Shown here: positions 38,675-47,875 of the stretch, piece by piece
How positions within the stretch are numbered: position 1 is the stretch's first letter
Layout: each line of letters starts with the position of its first letter
Made by a program: the position numbers and the translations under genes
The notes under the pieces: generated by a model
Database searches by the model: none
Told to the model about the DNA's origin: nothing
What the model saw: only the letters and a program-made list of their open reading frames with translations
Source: a virus
DNA length: 64,000 bases
IMG/VR virus record: IMGVR_UViG_3300032322_001315
Coordinates: 1 to 64,000 of that record
Reading direction: 5' to 3' (one strand)

Positions 38675-40069
38675 TTAGACCTTGAAGCCACCAAACTTAT
38701 TCTTACTATTTGACGCACGTTCTCTATTACCAAACGTGTTTAGAGGTTTATCATCTTGATTAGAATCAACGATTCCTTCTTGTGCAGATTGTTCAACATC
38801 ATATAGTCGCATCTTTGCTCTGTCAACACCAATAACGAATCTCTTGTTTGCTGTTGGGTCAGAATATCGATTCTTCAATTGTTTGACCATTAGTTGTCCA
38901 AGTTCTTCAAGTTCGTCTGATGTAATCAATGCGAACATCAAATCTGCTGTTGCAGGAAGACCGAACGATTCGGATGTGTCTTCAAGTCCAGGATCGCTGT
39001 TTGTAAATCCTGACCGGGTAGTTTGGGTAGCAGAAACAATCGGCACATTAAACTCGACCGCAAGACCTCTAAGTTCTTCTGCAATTGCTTTGACATAGGT
39101 GTATGAGTTAACATTTGCTCCTGCTTTAATACGAGAAGAACAACAGATATTGAGATAATCGATAAAAATAATGTCAGGAGTAAAATTACGTTTGAGATTA
39201 AGTTCATTCAACAATGTCCTGAAGTGAGTTGCGGATGCAGTTGCGGTTGGATATTCTTTGATGATAAGTTTGCCTGTGGTCATCTTACGAACACGATTGA
39301 CTTTCTTATCATACATATCTTTTGGTAGTTCAATCAATTCATCAACAGTAACATTCAAAAGATTTGCATCGATACGTTCCGCAATCTTCTCTTCTGCCAT
39401 CTCAAGAGTGATATACAGAACATTCTTTCCTTGCGTCATACATCCTGCTGCAACGTGACACATGAACAATGACTTACCAACACCAGTACCTGCAAGTGCG
39501 ACATTCAAAGTCTTTGATGGCAAACCACCTTTAGTAATCTTATTGAAATATTCTAGGTCAAATGGAATTCTTGCTTCTTTACGATGATAGAATTCATATC
39601 GTTCATCTGAGTTTTCAAGATAGTCATGCCCAACAGAATTATCAAAACTTACTGCGAGTGCATCGGAAAGAATCTTGGGAATCGCACCTTTTTCTTGTGT
39701 CTTGTCTTTGCCGTCAAGAATTGATATTGAATTAAGGACTGCAAGATAGATTGCCTTCTCTTGGCAGAAAATTTCTGTCTTGTCGATGAGCCAAGAAGAA
39801 TCCGATTGCTCAGTTTTATGTAACTCTTTAAGGCAATCTTCGCATTTCTGTACTTCATCGTCTGTAAGATTTTTCTTTTCTCTGACGGCAAGTGATAGTG
39901 CTTCAATCGGCGCCGGATCATTATAATCGTTCGTGAATTTGGCAATTTCATCAAATATTACCTTTTCCGTCCTATCAGTAAAATATTCAGATTTTAGAAA
40001 TGGAAGAACCTTTCGCAAATAGTCTTCATTGTGAATCAGGTTCCTCAAAATAATCTGTTCTATCTTCAT
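38675..40069 (-). CDS. 41: Replicative DNA helicase (T4 gp41)
   Basis: AGTGVGKS, LEMAEE, KEYPT, DYLNIC, SESFGLP, KNRY. Confidence 0.95.
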   Translation of the reverse strand: MKIEQIILRNLIHNEDYLRKVLPFLKSEYFTDRTEKVIFDEIAKFTNDYNDPAPIEALSLAVREKKNLTDDEVQKCEDCLKELHKTEQSDSSWLIDKTEIFCQEKAIYLAVLNSISILDGKDKTQEKGAIPKILSDALAVSFDNSVGHDYLENSDERYEFYHRKEARIPFDLEYFNKITKGGLPSKTLNVALAGTGVGKSLFMCHVAAGCMTQGKNVLYITLEMAEEKIAERIDANLLNVTVDELIELPKDMYDKKVNRVRKMTTGKLIIKEYPTATASATHFRTLLNELNLKRNFTPDIIFIDYLNICCSSRIKAGANVNSYTYVKAIAEELRGLAVEFNVPIVSATQTTRSGFTNSDPGLEDTSESFGLPATADLMFALITSDELEELGQLMVKQLKNRYSDPTANKRFVIGVDRAKMRLYDVEQSAQEGIVDSNQDDKPLNTFGNRERASNSKNKFGGFKV

Positions 40070-40343
40070 CAACACTTCCTTCGTTATTCAATTGTTTCAT
40101 CATCAAATGAGTCAACAAGTCACCAATAGCATTCTTAAAATTTGTATCTTCTTCAATGCCTTCAATTGGTGATTCTATCACATCATAGTTAAATTGTAAA
40201 TATGCTTTGTCATCTTCTTCCACTACTCCTACCTTACCATATTTGTAGACAACTCCTTCATATTTACCTGATAATAATTTTATATGAACGTTTTGTTTAT
40301 CTTCTTCCGAAAAAATGTAGCAATAATCAACTCCTTCAATCAT
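40026..40343 (-). CDS. Hypothetical at the T4 gene 40 position
   Basis: Between uvsX and 41; G.Y.G..Y.YG.V motif. Confidence 0.55.
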   Translation of the reverse strand: MIEGVDYCYIFSEEDKQNVHIKLLSGKYEGVVYKYGKVGVVEEDDKAYLQFNYDVIESPIEGIEEDTNFKNAIGDLLTHLMMKQLNNEGSVDEDRTDYFEEPDSQ

Positions 40344-41401
40344 GCTTCTGTCTCCTCAAATGTGTTATGAATTTCATCATCAGAAATAATATCACCAGAA
40401 GCAATCAAATATTTCTTTTCGATAAAATCTCTAAATGACTTTTGTTGAATGATAGGTAACCAAAAATCTTTGGTGTCAACTTCTTTAATACGATATTTCT
40501 TTTCTTCGATAACTCCATCACTATCGACTTTAGAATACCAACCGTTGCTGGGTTTAACGACATGACCGGATTCTAGTGCAAGTTCAAGTAGACCAGACCA
40601 CTTACTGATACCACCTTCAAACGACACAGTAACAGGAATCTTTGACTTTTCTTTTACATAACGAGACTTTTCAACATTGATGATGAAGTTATATCCAACA
40701 ACGTCAGTTCCTTCTTTTTCTTGCTGCCGGCCAATGATGTAAATGTTGTCTGCCGAATAATAGGATCCAGTACCACCACCAACAATGTCTTTCGGGAACA
40801 TACCAATTTCTTTGTATGTGTGATTGACAACTACCATAGGAATATCTTTGAGAGTCAAATGTGGAGTTACCATACGGAATAAAGACTTGAGTTGCTTTGC
40901 TCTTGACATATCAGCAACAGACTTGCCTTCTAGTGCATCATCGACTTCTTTCTTCGATGCTAGATTACCGATAGAATCGATAATGATAATGACTCTTTCT
41001 CCACGTTCAATTTGTTGCATCTGACTCATGATATCAAACTTCAATTGTTCAATGTCGGTAATCGGAGTATGAAGAACTCGGTCAGTATCAATACCAAAAG
41101 ATTCAAAATACTTTTGTGGAGTTCCAAACTCAGAGTCATAGAATAGCAATGCTGCATCTTGATACTTGTCAAGATATGACTTTGCCATCAAGAGCGAAAA
41201 TGAGGTTTTGAAATGCTTTGATGGTCCTGCCCACATAGTAAGACCAGGAGTTAGACCACCATCGATACGACCAGATAGTGCAACATTGATGATAGGAACA
41301 GAGGTAGGAATCATATCCTTATTGCTGAACAACTTGGATTTAGATAGAATCTCAGTCTCTTTAATGCTGCTATTTTTCTTCAGTTTATCAAGAATACTCA
41401 T
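40340..41401 (-). CDS. uvsX: RecA-like recombinase
   Basis: GPSKHFKT, YDSEFG, DSIGNLASKKE, NHTY, GGTG. Confidence 0.95.
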   Translation of the reverse strand: MSILDKLKKNSSIKETEILSKSKLFSNKDMIPTSVPIINVALSGRIDGGLTPGLTMWAGPSKHFKTSFSLLMAKSYLDKYQDAALLFYDSEFGTPQKYFESFGIDTDRVLHTPITDIEQLKFDIMSQMQQIERGERVIIIIDSIGNLASKKEVDDALEGKSVADMSRAKQLKSLFRMVTPHLTLKDIPMVVVNHTYKEIGMFPKDIVGGGTGSYYSADNIYIIGRQQEKEGTDVVGYNFIINVEKSRYVKEKSKIPVTVSFEGGISKWSGLLELALESGHVVKPSNGWYSKVDSDGVIEEKKYRIKEVDTKDFWLPIIQQKSFRDFIEKKYLIASGDIISDDEIHNTFEETEA

Positions 41402-41409
41402 GTTTTACC

Positions 41410-43950
41410 TCACGCAAAAAAATCTTCAAGGGAACTTTGTTTTTCTAAAGTCCAGCCAATACAGTCTGAAATAACTCTTACTGGTTCTACAAATGCTTTT
41501 TCAAACTGCATATCATAATCGATATATTTTTCTAGGTCAAATTCTTTAGGAAGTCTTACCGGAAAAGATATGACGGTCTCTTTGAAAGGATTAGGCATCT
41601 TCAGATAAGAAAACTTAATCTTCTCGCCTTCGTTGATGAATGGATATTTTTTATTGAGACCTTTGTTTTTGATTGCATTATTATATATGATTGCACCCTT
41701 AACATGAATGGGTGTACCTTTGGTATATAATGTTACTGCATCAGAATACTTACTGATACCACGAATGCCTCTGGGGAAAGAAATTTCTTCTGGTGGAAGT
41801 TTCTTAAATTTAGATTTTGATTCTGCAACATAAGTGTGCAATTCATTTTCTGTACCATTCAACATAATGTCAACAGACTTTTCCATCATCTCACGAATAG
41901 GCATTGGAGTTGAAGACTTTACCATTTCAAGACCCATCACCTTCATCTTGGGTTGAGAATATTGAATGCCTTCATTATTATAGACATTTAGAATGTATCG
42001 TTTCTTTGCTGTCCAGATGCCTTTGTTTGCAAGTGCTTCTCGCTTCATCTGCATCTTTTGGTCGTATGCGTTAGTATAATCAGCAAGCGTCTGATAACTC
42101 TCATCAATAAACGGTTGAATTTTATTTTCACATACCTTGTCCATGAAGGTGATAATTTTTTCAGGGTCACGTTCCGATTTATACACCTTGTCCACCAACT
42201 CACCAAGACGGAGATAAATCGAGTCTGTATCAGAAGCAATGACAAAATCTTCATTCTTTGTTTCCAAAAGTTTGTTCATATACTCATTGAGTTTCTTTTC
42301 AATCCAACGAATAGAGAGTTGACCAGCCAGAGTAATTGCTGATGCTTGTCTCACATCAAAGAATCGAAAAAACTCATTACCCAAAGCACCATAAGCAGAG
42401 TTTAGACAAACTTTCTTTGCTAGTTGAAGATTGTTATATCTTGCGATTCGTTTTTCAATTTCAAATCGTGCTTTTTTGTCTGTTTCTTTTTCAAGTTCTT
42501 GTTTTGCTACTAGTGCTTTCTTCTTATACACCTTTCGGTCTTCATACATTTTCTCCATCATCTTCGGAAGAAAACCTTGAATATCTGTTCTGAAAAATTC
42601 ACCGTTAGGTGTAATTGTCTTTTGAAGATTTTTTAGAATCTCCGTATCAACTTTCATATTCAAAAGATTATTTACTGAAGTAATACTCGACAATTCAATC
42701 ATTTCAGTAGTGTAATCTTCTTTCTCTACAAGAGTCTCTGGAGAGATATTGTATTGCATAATCAGATGAGGATATAGACTGTTCAAGTCAAACGATGCAA
42801 TCCAATCGTGCTTACCAACTTGGGGTTCTTTAACATATGCACCTTCATATGCTTGGTCTTTTCTACTAACGATTCTTGGAGGAATGATAATATTTTCATT
42901 CTTCAAATGATTGTAAATCAGAGTGTCCCACATACGAACTTGTGCAAAAACATCATCGTAATTTGTTTTACTGTCATATGCAAGAGTCAGAGCCAACTCA
43001 ATCAATTTCAACTTGTCTTCTAATTCTTCAACAAGGTCAACGTCACGAATATTATACTCAATAAACTTTTGATAATTTAATTTATACAATTCATGAAGAG
43101 AATCGTATTCGTCATATGCAATCTTGTTCTTGCCGAGCTCTACACTAGCAATGCTATCGAGTTTGTATGATTCTTGTGATGCGCCTCCAGGTGCATACTT
43201 ACGATACAGTTCAATATAGTCAAGCATTGCAATACCAACCATTTCATAGACAGTATGTTCTTTTGCCATTAGAACTGCTTTACGTTCAGAAATATAATTC
43301 CAAGGAGAAAGAGACTTTGCATCTCTCTCGCCTACGATTCTCTTGAAACGGTTGATTAGATATGGGAAGTCAAAGAACTTGATGTTCCAACCTGTGATAA
43401 TATCAGGATAACGAGAAGTCCAAATTTCAAGAAACTTCTTACAAAGAGTCCATTCGTCTTTGCACTTGATGTATGTAATTGCACCACTATCCGTCTTGTA
43501 GTCTCCGCAACCAAAAACAAAAGTCATACCACCCATGAACTTCAAGGTGATTGCTGTGATTGCTTCGGTTGCATTATATGGGTCAGGAAAACCATTTTCA
43601 GAACCCACTTCAATGTCTATCGTTGCAATAGAGATTTTTGATTGGTCCCACTCAACTTCTTTTGGGTGCGTGTCTGCAATGAAGCAATATTCAAATCGTG
43701 TATTGCCATATACTTTTTTGTTTTCTACATCTTCATTTCGTTTTACATAATCTCTTGCCTCACGAATAGAATCAAATTTAAATTCGTGAAGGTATTCACC
43801 AGACAAACCCGTAAACTTTGTTACTTTGTTTACGGGTTCATACAGTTTGGGTTGGTATTCAATTTTCTTGCAAACTTTCTTTCCGTTTACAATTCCTCGA
43901 TAAAGAATGTTGTTACCAATACATTGAACATTAGTGTAAAAATTGGTCAT
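41410..43950 (-). CDS. 43: Family B DNA polymerase (T4 gp43)
   Basis: DIEV, FDLNSLYP, K...NSAYG, SDTDS, KKRY. Confidence 0.97.
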   Translation of the reverse strand: MTNFYTNVQCIGNNILYRGIVNGKKVCKKIEYQPKLYEPVNKVTKFTGLSGEYLHEFKFDSIREARDYVKRNEDVENKKVYGNTRFEYCFIADTHPKEVEWDQSKISIATIDIEVGSENGFPDPYNATEAITAITLKFMGGMTFVFGCGDYKTDSGAITYIKCKDEWTLCKKFLEIWTSRYPDIITGWNIKFFDFPYLINRFKRIVGERDAKSLSPWNYISERKAVLMAKEHTVYEMVGIAMLDYIELYRKYAPGGASQESYKLDSIASVELGKNKIAYDEYDSLHELYKLNYQKFIEYNIRDVDLVEELEDKLKLIELALTLAYDSKTNYDDVFAQVRMWDTLIYNHLKNENIIIPPRIVSRKDQAYEGAYVKEPQVGKHDWIASFDLNSLYPHLIMQYNISPETLVEKEDYTTEMIELSSITSVNNLLNMKVDTEILKNLQKTITPNGEFFRTDIQGFLPKMMEKMYEDRKVYKKKALVAKQELEKETDKKARFEIEKRIARYNNLQLAKKVCLNSAYGALGNEFFRFFDVRQASAITLAGQLSIRWIEKKLNEYMNKLLETKNEDFVIASDTDSIYLRLGELVDKVYKSERDPEKIITFMDKVCENKIQPFIDESYQTLADYTNAYDQKMQMKREALANKGIWTAKKRYILNVYNNEGIQYSQPKMKVMGLEMVKSSTPMPIREMMEKSVDIMLNGTENELHTYVAESKSKFKKLPPEEISFPRGIRGISKYSDAVTLYTKGTPIHVKGAIIYNNAIKNKGLNKKYPFINEGEKIKFSYLKMPNPFKETVISFPVRLPKEFDLEKYIDYDMQFEKAFVEPVRVISDCIGWTLEKQSSLEDFFA

Positions 43951-44255
43951 CCGAGAATGAGATCCTTCTTAGGAAGTACGATACCTGATCCAAAAATACT
44001 ATTATAATTGTCAATGAAATCTTCTGCTGGCACATATTCGTAGACAACATTCATCTTTGCGAGTGTCATCTTACTGCCGGTACGTTGTTCTGCATGGATA
44101 GGAAATGGAGTAAATCCTACATTGGGTCGGCCGTCTTGACCTCGAACAACAGCAATGCCTACCGGATTAACAATATGATAATCGAACTCAGATTCTTGTT
44201 CTACCTCCGCAAGAACCTCTTCTCCTGTGATTAACTTAAATGCTTTGATGTTCAT
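43947..44255 (-). CDS. Conserved small beta-rich (Sm-like) hypothetical
   Basis: KL.TGEE..A, Y..IFGSGI; upstream ORF extension is really tRNA. Confidence 0.7.
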   Translation of the reverse strand: MNIKAFKLITGEEVLAEVEQESEFDYHIVNPVGIAVVRGQDGRPNVGFTPFPIHAEQRTGSKMTLAKMNVVYEYVPAEDFIDNYNSIFGSGIVLPKKDLILG

Positions 44256-44273
44256 AATTGCCTCATAAGAAAG

Positions 44274-44348
44274 TGGAGCGGGTAGTGGGAATTGAACCCA
44301 TCCTCTCTGGCTTGGAAGGCCAGGGCACAACCACTATACCATACCCGC
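44274..44348 (-). tRNA. tRNA-Gly(TCC)
   Basis: GCGGGTA acceptor, CTGGC-CTTCCAA-GCCAG anticodon arm, GGTTCAATTCC, CCA end. Confidence 0.9.
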
Positions 44349-44402
44349 AGTTGATTTTGGATTGAATAAATACTTATAATCAATCACTAAAGAAAGAAAC
44401 AA

Positions 44403-44678
44403 ATGGACTTCTTTAAATTGGTTGCTGATGTAGGATTTCCTATGGCAGCAGCAATTTGTTCGGGGTACCTAGCATTTCTTACTTTAAAGTTCATTCTATC
44501 AAGTGTATTGAGTTCTGTCAAGAGCTTAATAGGTATAATTACTGCTCTTGACAACAGGGTTAAAACAATGAATAACGATGTTATTAGAATCGACACTTTA
44601 GTATCAAATGCTTTAGGTGTTGAGCCTGACATAGAAAGAATCTCAAGAGCAGAAAAAGAAGGTTCTAGAAAGGACTAA
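44403..44678 (+). CDS. Small membrane protein (GFP-TM, YvrJ-like)
   Basis: VGFPM TM helix plus DNR...ND.IR; AATAAATA late-type promoter upstream. Confidence 0.7.
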   Translation: MDFFKLVADVGFPMAAAICSGYLAFLTLKFILSSVLSSVKSLIGIITALDNRVKTMNNDVIRIDTLVSNALGVEPDIERISRAEKEGSRKD

Positions 44679-44679
44679 C

Positions 44680-44916
44680 ATGAACATCGTAGAATTCATC
44701 AATGAGTATGGATTCCCTATTGTAGCCTGTTTCGGAATGGGCTACTTAATTTATTACGTCTGGATTTGGACAACAAAAGAAATAAAACCTGTTGTGACTG
44801 AAGCAAATAATACTCTTATTTCTCTTGTTGACAGAATCAGAATGCTCGATAATGACTTGATACGTTTGAATCAAAAAATTAAAACAATCATTTCTTTGAC
44901 ACACAAAGAAAAATAG
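44680..44916 (+). CDS. Small membrane protein, paralog of previous
   Basis: YGFPI TM helix plus DR.RM.DNDLIR. Confidence 0.7.
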   Translation: MNIVEFINEYGFPIVACFGMGYLIYYVWIWTTKEIKPVVTEANNTLISLVDRIRMLDNDLIRLNQKIKTIISLTHKEK

Positions 44917-44917
44917 T

Positions 44918-45002
44918 TGGTGCGAGAGACGGGACTCGAACCCGTACAGATTTCTCCGGCAGATTTTAAGTCTGCTGCGGCTACCGATTACGCCACTCTC
45001 GC
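44918..45002 (-). tRNA. tRNA-Leu(TAA)
   Basis: GCAGA-CTTAAAA-TCTGC arm, long variable arm, GGTTCGAGTCC, CCA. Confidence 0.9.
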
Positions 45003-45008
45003 ATTAAC

Positions 45009-45102
45009 TGGTCCTCCCGACAGGATTCGAACCTGTAACGTGCCCCCATCTAGAGCCAATGCCGGGTATAAGCCGGGTGTTTTACCATTAAACTACAGGA
45101 GG
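45009..45102 (-). tRNA. Atypical tRNA, anticodon TAT (nominal Ile), long variable arm
   Basis: CCTCCTG/CGGGAGG acceptor, A73-CCA, CCGG-CTTATAC-CCGG, about 24-nt variable region, ACAGG-TTCGAAT-CCTGT. Confidence 0.75.
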
Positions 45103-45109
45103 AAAAACT

Positions 45110-45574
45110 TTAAATAATCTGTTTCAATCTGTCTGCTGCATAACTAGCAGCGAACGCCTTAGGTTTAACAAACGGTACTACATTACAAGTACCTTTGATA
45201 TAACCGATTGCTTGTTGAACAACACAAGAAGAACCATGCATTTGATTGGGATTAATATCCAAATGAACTTCTACATGACGGTCTTCAAGAACATCAGATA
45301 GTTTTTGAAATAGTTCAGATACCTTATAAACTTCATTCATCAATCGCATAGAAGGTTTGTCTTTGCGTTGGTCATAATCTTTTTCTGTCGATACTTCTCC
45401 AAAAATCTTACATCCATGTCGACCTTCTAGATGAACAACAATAGCAACAGTATAATCAGCATACCAAACTTCTTTTGAAATGTATCGTTCTGAGTCAGCA
45501 CCTAGATAAATCTTAGTATCGGGACCTTGTTCAGAAATAAACTGCTTCACTTCTTCAAGATTGAGTTTTTTCAT
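45110..45574 (-). CDS. RNase H-like (DUF458/YkuK-type) protein
   Basis: IYLGADS, RL..EV, VHLDIN, KP.A.AAS.AAD. Confidence 0.75.
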   Translation of the reverse strand: MKKLNLEEVKQFISEQGPDTKIYLGADSERYISKEVWYADYTVAIVVHLEGRHGCKIFGEVSTEKDYDQRKDKPSMRLMNEVYKVSELFQKLSDVLEDRHVEVHLDINPNQMHGSSCVVQQAIGYIKGTCNVVPFVKPKAFAASYAADRLKQII

Positions 45575-45603
45575 TGCTGCTGCTTTCATCAAAGTATGCT
45601 CGT

Positions 45604-45632
45604 AGTATATATCATACTTGGACAAATGTCAA
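45604..45632 (-). promoter_or_regulatory. sigma70 promoter
   Basis: TTGACA-17 bp-TATACT. Confidence 0.75.
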
Positions 45633-45633
45633 G

Positions 45634-45657
45634 AAAAAAACCGCCCGAAGGCGGTTT
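45634..45657 (-). terminator. Intrinsic terminator after rubrerythrin
   Basis: AAACCGCC-TTCG-GGCGGTTTTTTT on minus strand. Confidence 0.85.
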
Positions 45658-45676
45658 CTTACCGACTCAATAAAAA

Positions 45677-46111
45677 TTAAGCATTTTCTGCTGTGTAATT
45701 TTCAAGAGTCTTCTTAAACTTGTTAGCATGACTGCGTTCTGCCTTTGCTAAGGTTTCAAACCAATCAGCAATTTCTTCAAACCCCTCATCTCGGGCGGTC
45801 TTCGCCATACCTGGATACATATCGGTATATTCGTGTGTTTCGCCTTCGATTGCTGAATGGAGTGCATCAGAAACAGAATTGACTTGTTCTCCTGTACCAG
45901 GATCACCAGCACCCAGAGTCAACAGATATTCCATATGACCATGAGCGTGACCAGTTTCGCCTTCTGCTGTATTTCGAAAGACTGCTGCAACTTCAGGAGC
46001 ACCTTCAATATCAGCCATATTTGCAAAATACAAGTAACGGCGATTTGCCATAGATTCACCAGCAAATGCTTCCTTCAAACACTCTTCAGTCTTAGACCCT
46101 TTTAGATTCAT
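45677..46111 (-). CDS. Rubrerythrin (short ferritin-like)
   Basis: AFAGES.AN.RY, ETGHA.GH, GET.EY..MYP, AE.SH. Confidence 0.9.
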   Translation of the reverse strand: MNLKGSKTEECLKEAFAGESMANRRYLYFANMADIEGAPEVAAVFRNTAEGETGHAHGHMEYLLTLGAGDPGTGEQVNSVSDALHSAIEGETHEYTDMYPGMAKTARDEGFEEIADWFETLAKAERSHANKFKKTLENYTAENA

Positions 46112-46129
46112 TCTCTTCTCCTATCGCTC

Positions 46130-46164
46130 AAAAAAACCGAGACGTACTTTCGCAGAGGTCTCGG
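46130..46164 (-). terminator. Intrinsic terminator after pqqA
   Basis: CCGAGAC...GTCTCGG then T7 on minus strand. Confidence 0.7.
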
Positions 46165-46185
46165 GCATATTATATGTATATCTGC

Positions 46186-46257
46186 TTAGCGTGCAGCAAT
46201 ATACATGGTAACTTCAAATCCAAAACGCTTGTCTTGTGCAGTTGGCTTAGTCCACAT
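46186..46257 (-). CDS. pqqA: PQQ precursor peptide (not in ORF track)
   Basis: MWTKPTAQDKRFGFEVTMYIAAR: W..P leader, RFGFE.T.Y with ExxxY core; AAGGAGA RBS. Confidence 0.92.
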   Translation of the reverse strand: MWTKPTAQDKRFGFEVTMYIAAR

Positions 46258-46367
46258 ATCAATCTCCTTAATTAAGAACTCACACAACGTCTGTGTGTAC
46301 TCATATTTAATCACATCTTGAGTTTTTGTGCATCGTACAACTCACTAAACACAAGTAATGAAAATTA

Positions 46368-46778
46368 TTAGTCTACTTCCATCCACTCACCATCCGCCTT
46401 GAACTGAACTTTGTAGATTAATTCTAAGTACGTTATATGTGAGTGATTTAAAATCAATCTTCCTCGATGGTCTCTTTGAAGATGATATACATTGCCAGGA
46501 ACTGGCTTGAATGCATAATTTGCCTGGTCGATTAGAAGAGCCAAGTCCATTGCCCGTCTTATTCTCTCATATTCTTTAACTATAATTTCTGCTTGCTTTT
46601 GTAAATAAGCAACCTTTTCATTATATCGATTTACTGATTGACTGAGATTATATGACTTTACATCTTCTACATTGACCGGAGCAAAATATACACTTCCTAC
46701 TTCTGTTGGATACGGCAAAGAATTTCTATCTAAACCCGCAACATTTAACTCTTTTGGTAAGTTCCACGGGTTTTTCAA
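46368..46778 (-). CDS. DUF2452-like hypothetical
   Basis: LPYPT.VG..F.P, A.Y.F.P..G..YHL, D..W. Confidence 0.65.
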   Translation of the reverse strand: MKNPWNLPKELNVAGLDRNSLPYPTEVGSVYFAPVNVEDVKSYNLSQSVNRYNEKVAYLQKQAEIIVKEYERIRRAMDLALLIDQANYAFKPVPGNVYHLQRDHRGRLILNHSHITYLELIYKVQFKADGEWMEVD

Positions 46779-46781
46779 AAG

Positions 46782-47042
46782 TTATTCCTCAAACACTCCA
46801 ATAATTTCGTCCACACTAAGTTTATACAAATCGTCACCAATCTTGTGTGCTGCTTTCCAATTCACCAAAACAATATCACCTTCTTTTACTTCATCATCTT
46901 TTACTTCTGTACCGACATTAATAACTTGACCTCGTTGTGCCTCGTCTGTTCTTGACAAAATAATACCTGATTCAGTTTGCTTTTTTTGTTCCAAACTTCT
47001 GACGACAACATTACGACCCAATGCTCTGATTTTCATTTCCAT
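46782..47042 (-). CDS. groES: GroES-like co-chaperonin
   Basis: TESGIIL mobile loop, VG, VK.GD.V. Confidence 0.8.
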   Translation of the reverse strand: MEMKIRALGRNVVVRSLEQKKQTESGIILSRTDEAQRGQVINVGTEVKDDEVKEGDIVLVNWKAAHKIGDDLYKLSVDEIIGVFEE

Positions 47043-47475
47043 GTCTGTTCCTATTCATAAAGTTATAATATAAACCATCTTCCTTTTCGTATGCTTCTTT
47101 TTCCCAAGGATACTCAAAATAACTTGACAGTTCTCTATCGAAAAATGTTCCTTTCCAATATTCCAGAGAATCATCAATTTCTTCTAAAATATACTGCTTG
47201 ATGTGAATCATTTCATGTGCTAATATTTTTAGCATTGGTTCTTCATATTCTTTTGCAAGGTAAATTGAAAATTCTCTCGGTTTACCTTTTGTATTATACC
47301 CATCAATATCAACAAATGCAGCTTTGTTCTTTACGTTATATCGATAAAAATTTACTGTTATGATACAATTATTTCTGATTCTTTTAGAATCGATTAAACA
47401 AGAGGAATAATAATCTACAGCAGACTCAACTTCCTTCTTTAGATTCTTTGGACAATTTCTTACAATTATCTTCAT
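47011..47475 (-). CDS. HExxH metallopeptidase-like protein
   Basis: LAHEMIHIKQY, PWE.EA. Confidence 0.7.
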   Translation of the reverse strand: MKIIVRNCPKNLKKEVESAVDYYSSCLIDSKRIRNNCIITVNFYRYNVKNKAAFVDIDGYNTKGKPREFSIYLAKEYEEPMLKILAHEMIHIKQYILEEIDDSLEYWKGTFFDRELSSYFEYPWEKEAYEKEDGLYYNFMNRNRHGNENQSIGS

Positions 47476-47875
47476 TAAAGAGTTCCGTACTGTTACCTTG
47501 TTGCGCATCTCTGTATATATTACTATATGAAATTTTCACAGGTTCAAACCATTCTTTCAACAAGTCTTTGACAACTTTAGCATCAAAGTATTTGCAAGAA
47601 AAAACGTCAAGATATAGGTCACCATTGTCGTCAAGAAAATGCGCCATAATGTTTGACGTTTCAATTAGTTGAATTGCTGTCCATCCTGCTTTATCAGTAC
47701 CATCTGCAAAATGTACAAGTTGAGGTTCACCATAAGGAACCATATCAATTTCTTTTACAATCTCTTTTATAAAAGATACAATATATTCTTTATCTCTTGC
47801 CTTATTATAATCGCAGCACATCGCATTCAAAATAAGATGTTGTCCCCAATATTCTACTGGTGTTTTATTTCTCAT
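47426..47875 (-). CDS. speD: Pyruvoyl-dependent AdoMet decarboxylase-like
   Basis: WGQHL, QLIETSNI.AH, YLDVFSCK. Confidence 0.8.
   Translation of the reverse strand: MRNKTPVEYWGQHLILNAMCCDYNKARDKEYIVSFIKEIVKEIDMVPYGEPQLVHFADGTDKAGWTAIQLIETSNIMAHFLDDNGDLYLDVFSCKYFDAKVVKDLLKEWFEPVKISYSNIYRDAQQGNSTELFNEDNCKKLSKESKEGS

Noticed and set aside
11956-43950. Introns or inteins in nrdA, nrdB, thyX, 41, uvsX, 43
   Set aside because: All are uninterrupted and of normal length.
44256-44330. N-terminal extension of ORF 43947..44330
   Set aside because: Overlaps tRNA-Gly; the real start is MNIKAF with a GAGG RBS.
44917-45117. 66-aa plus-strand ORF
   Set aside because: It is the antisense of two tRNA genes.
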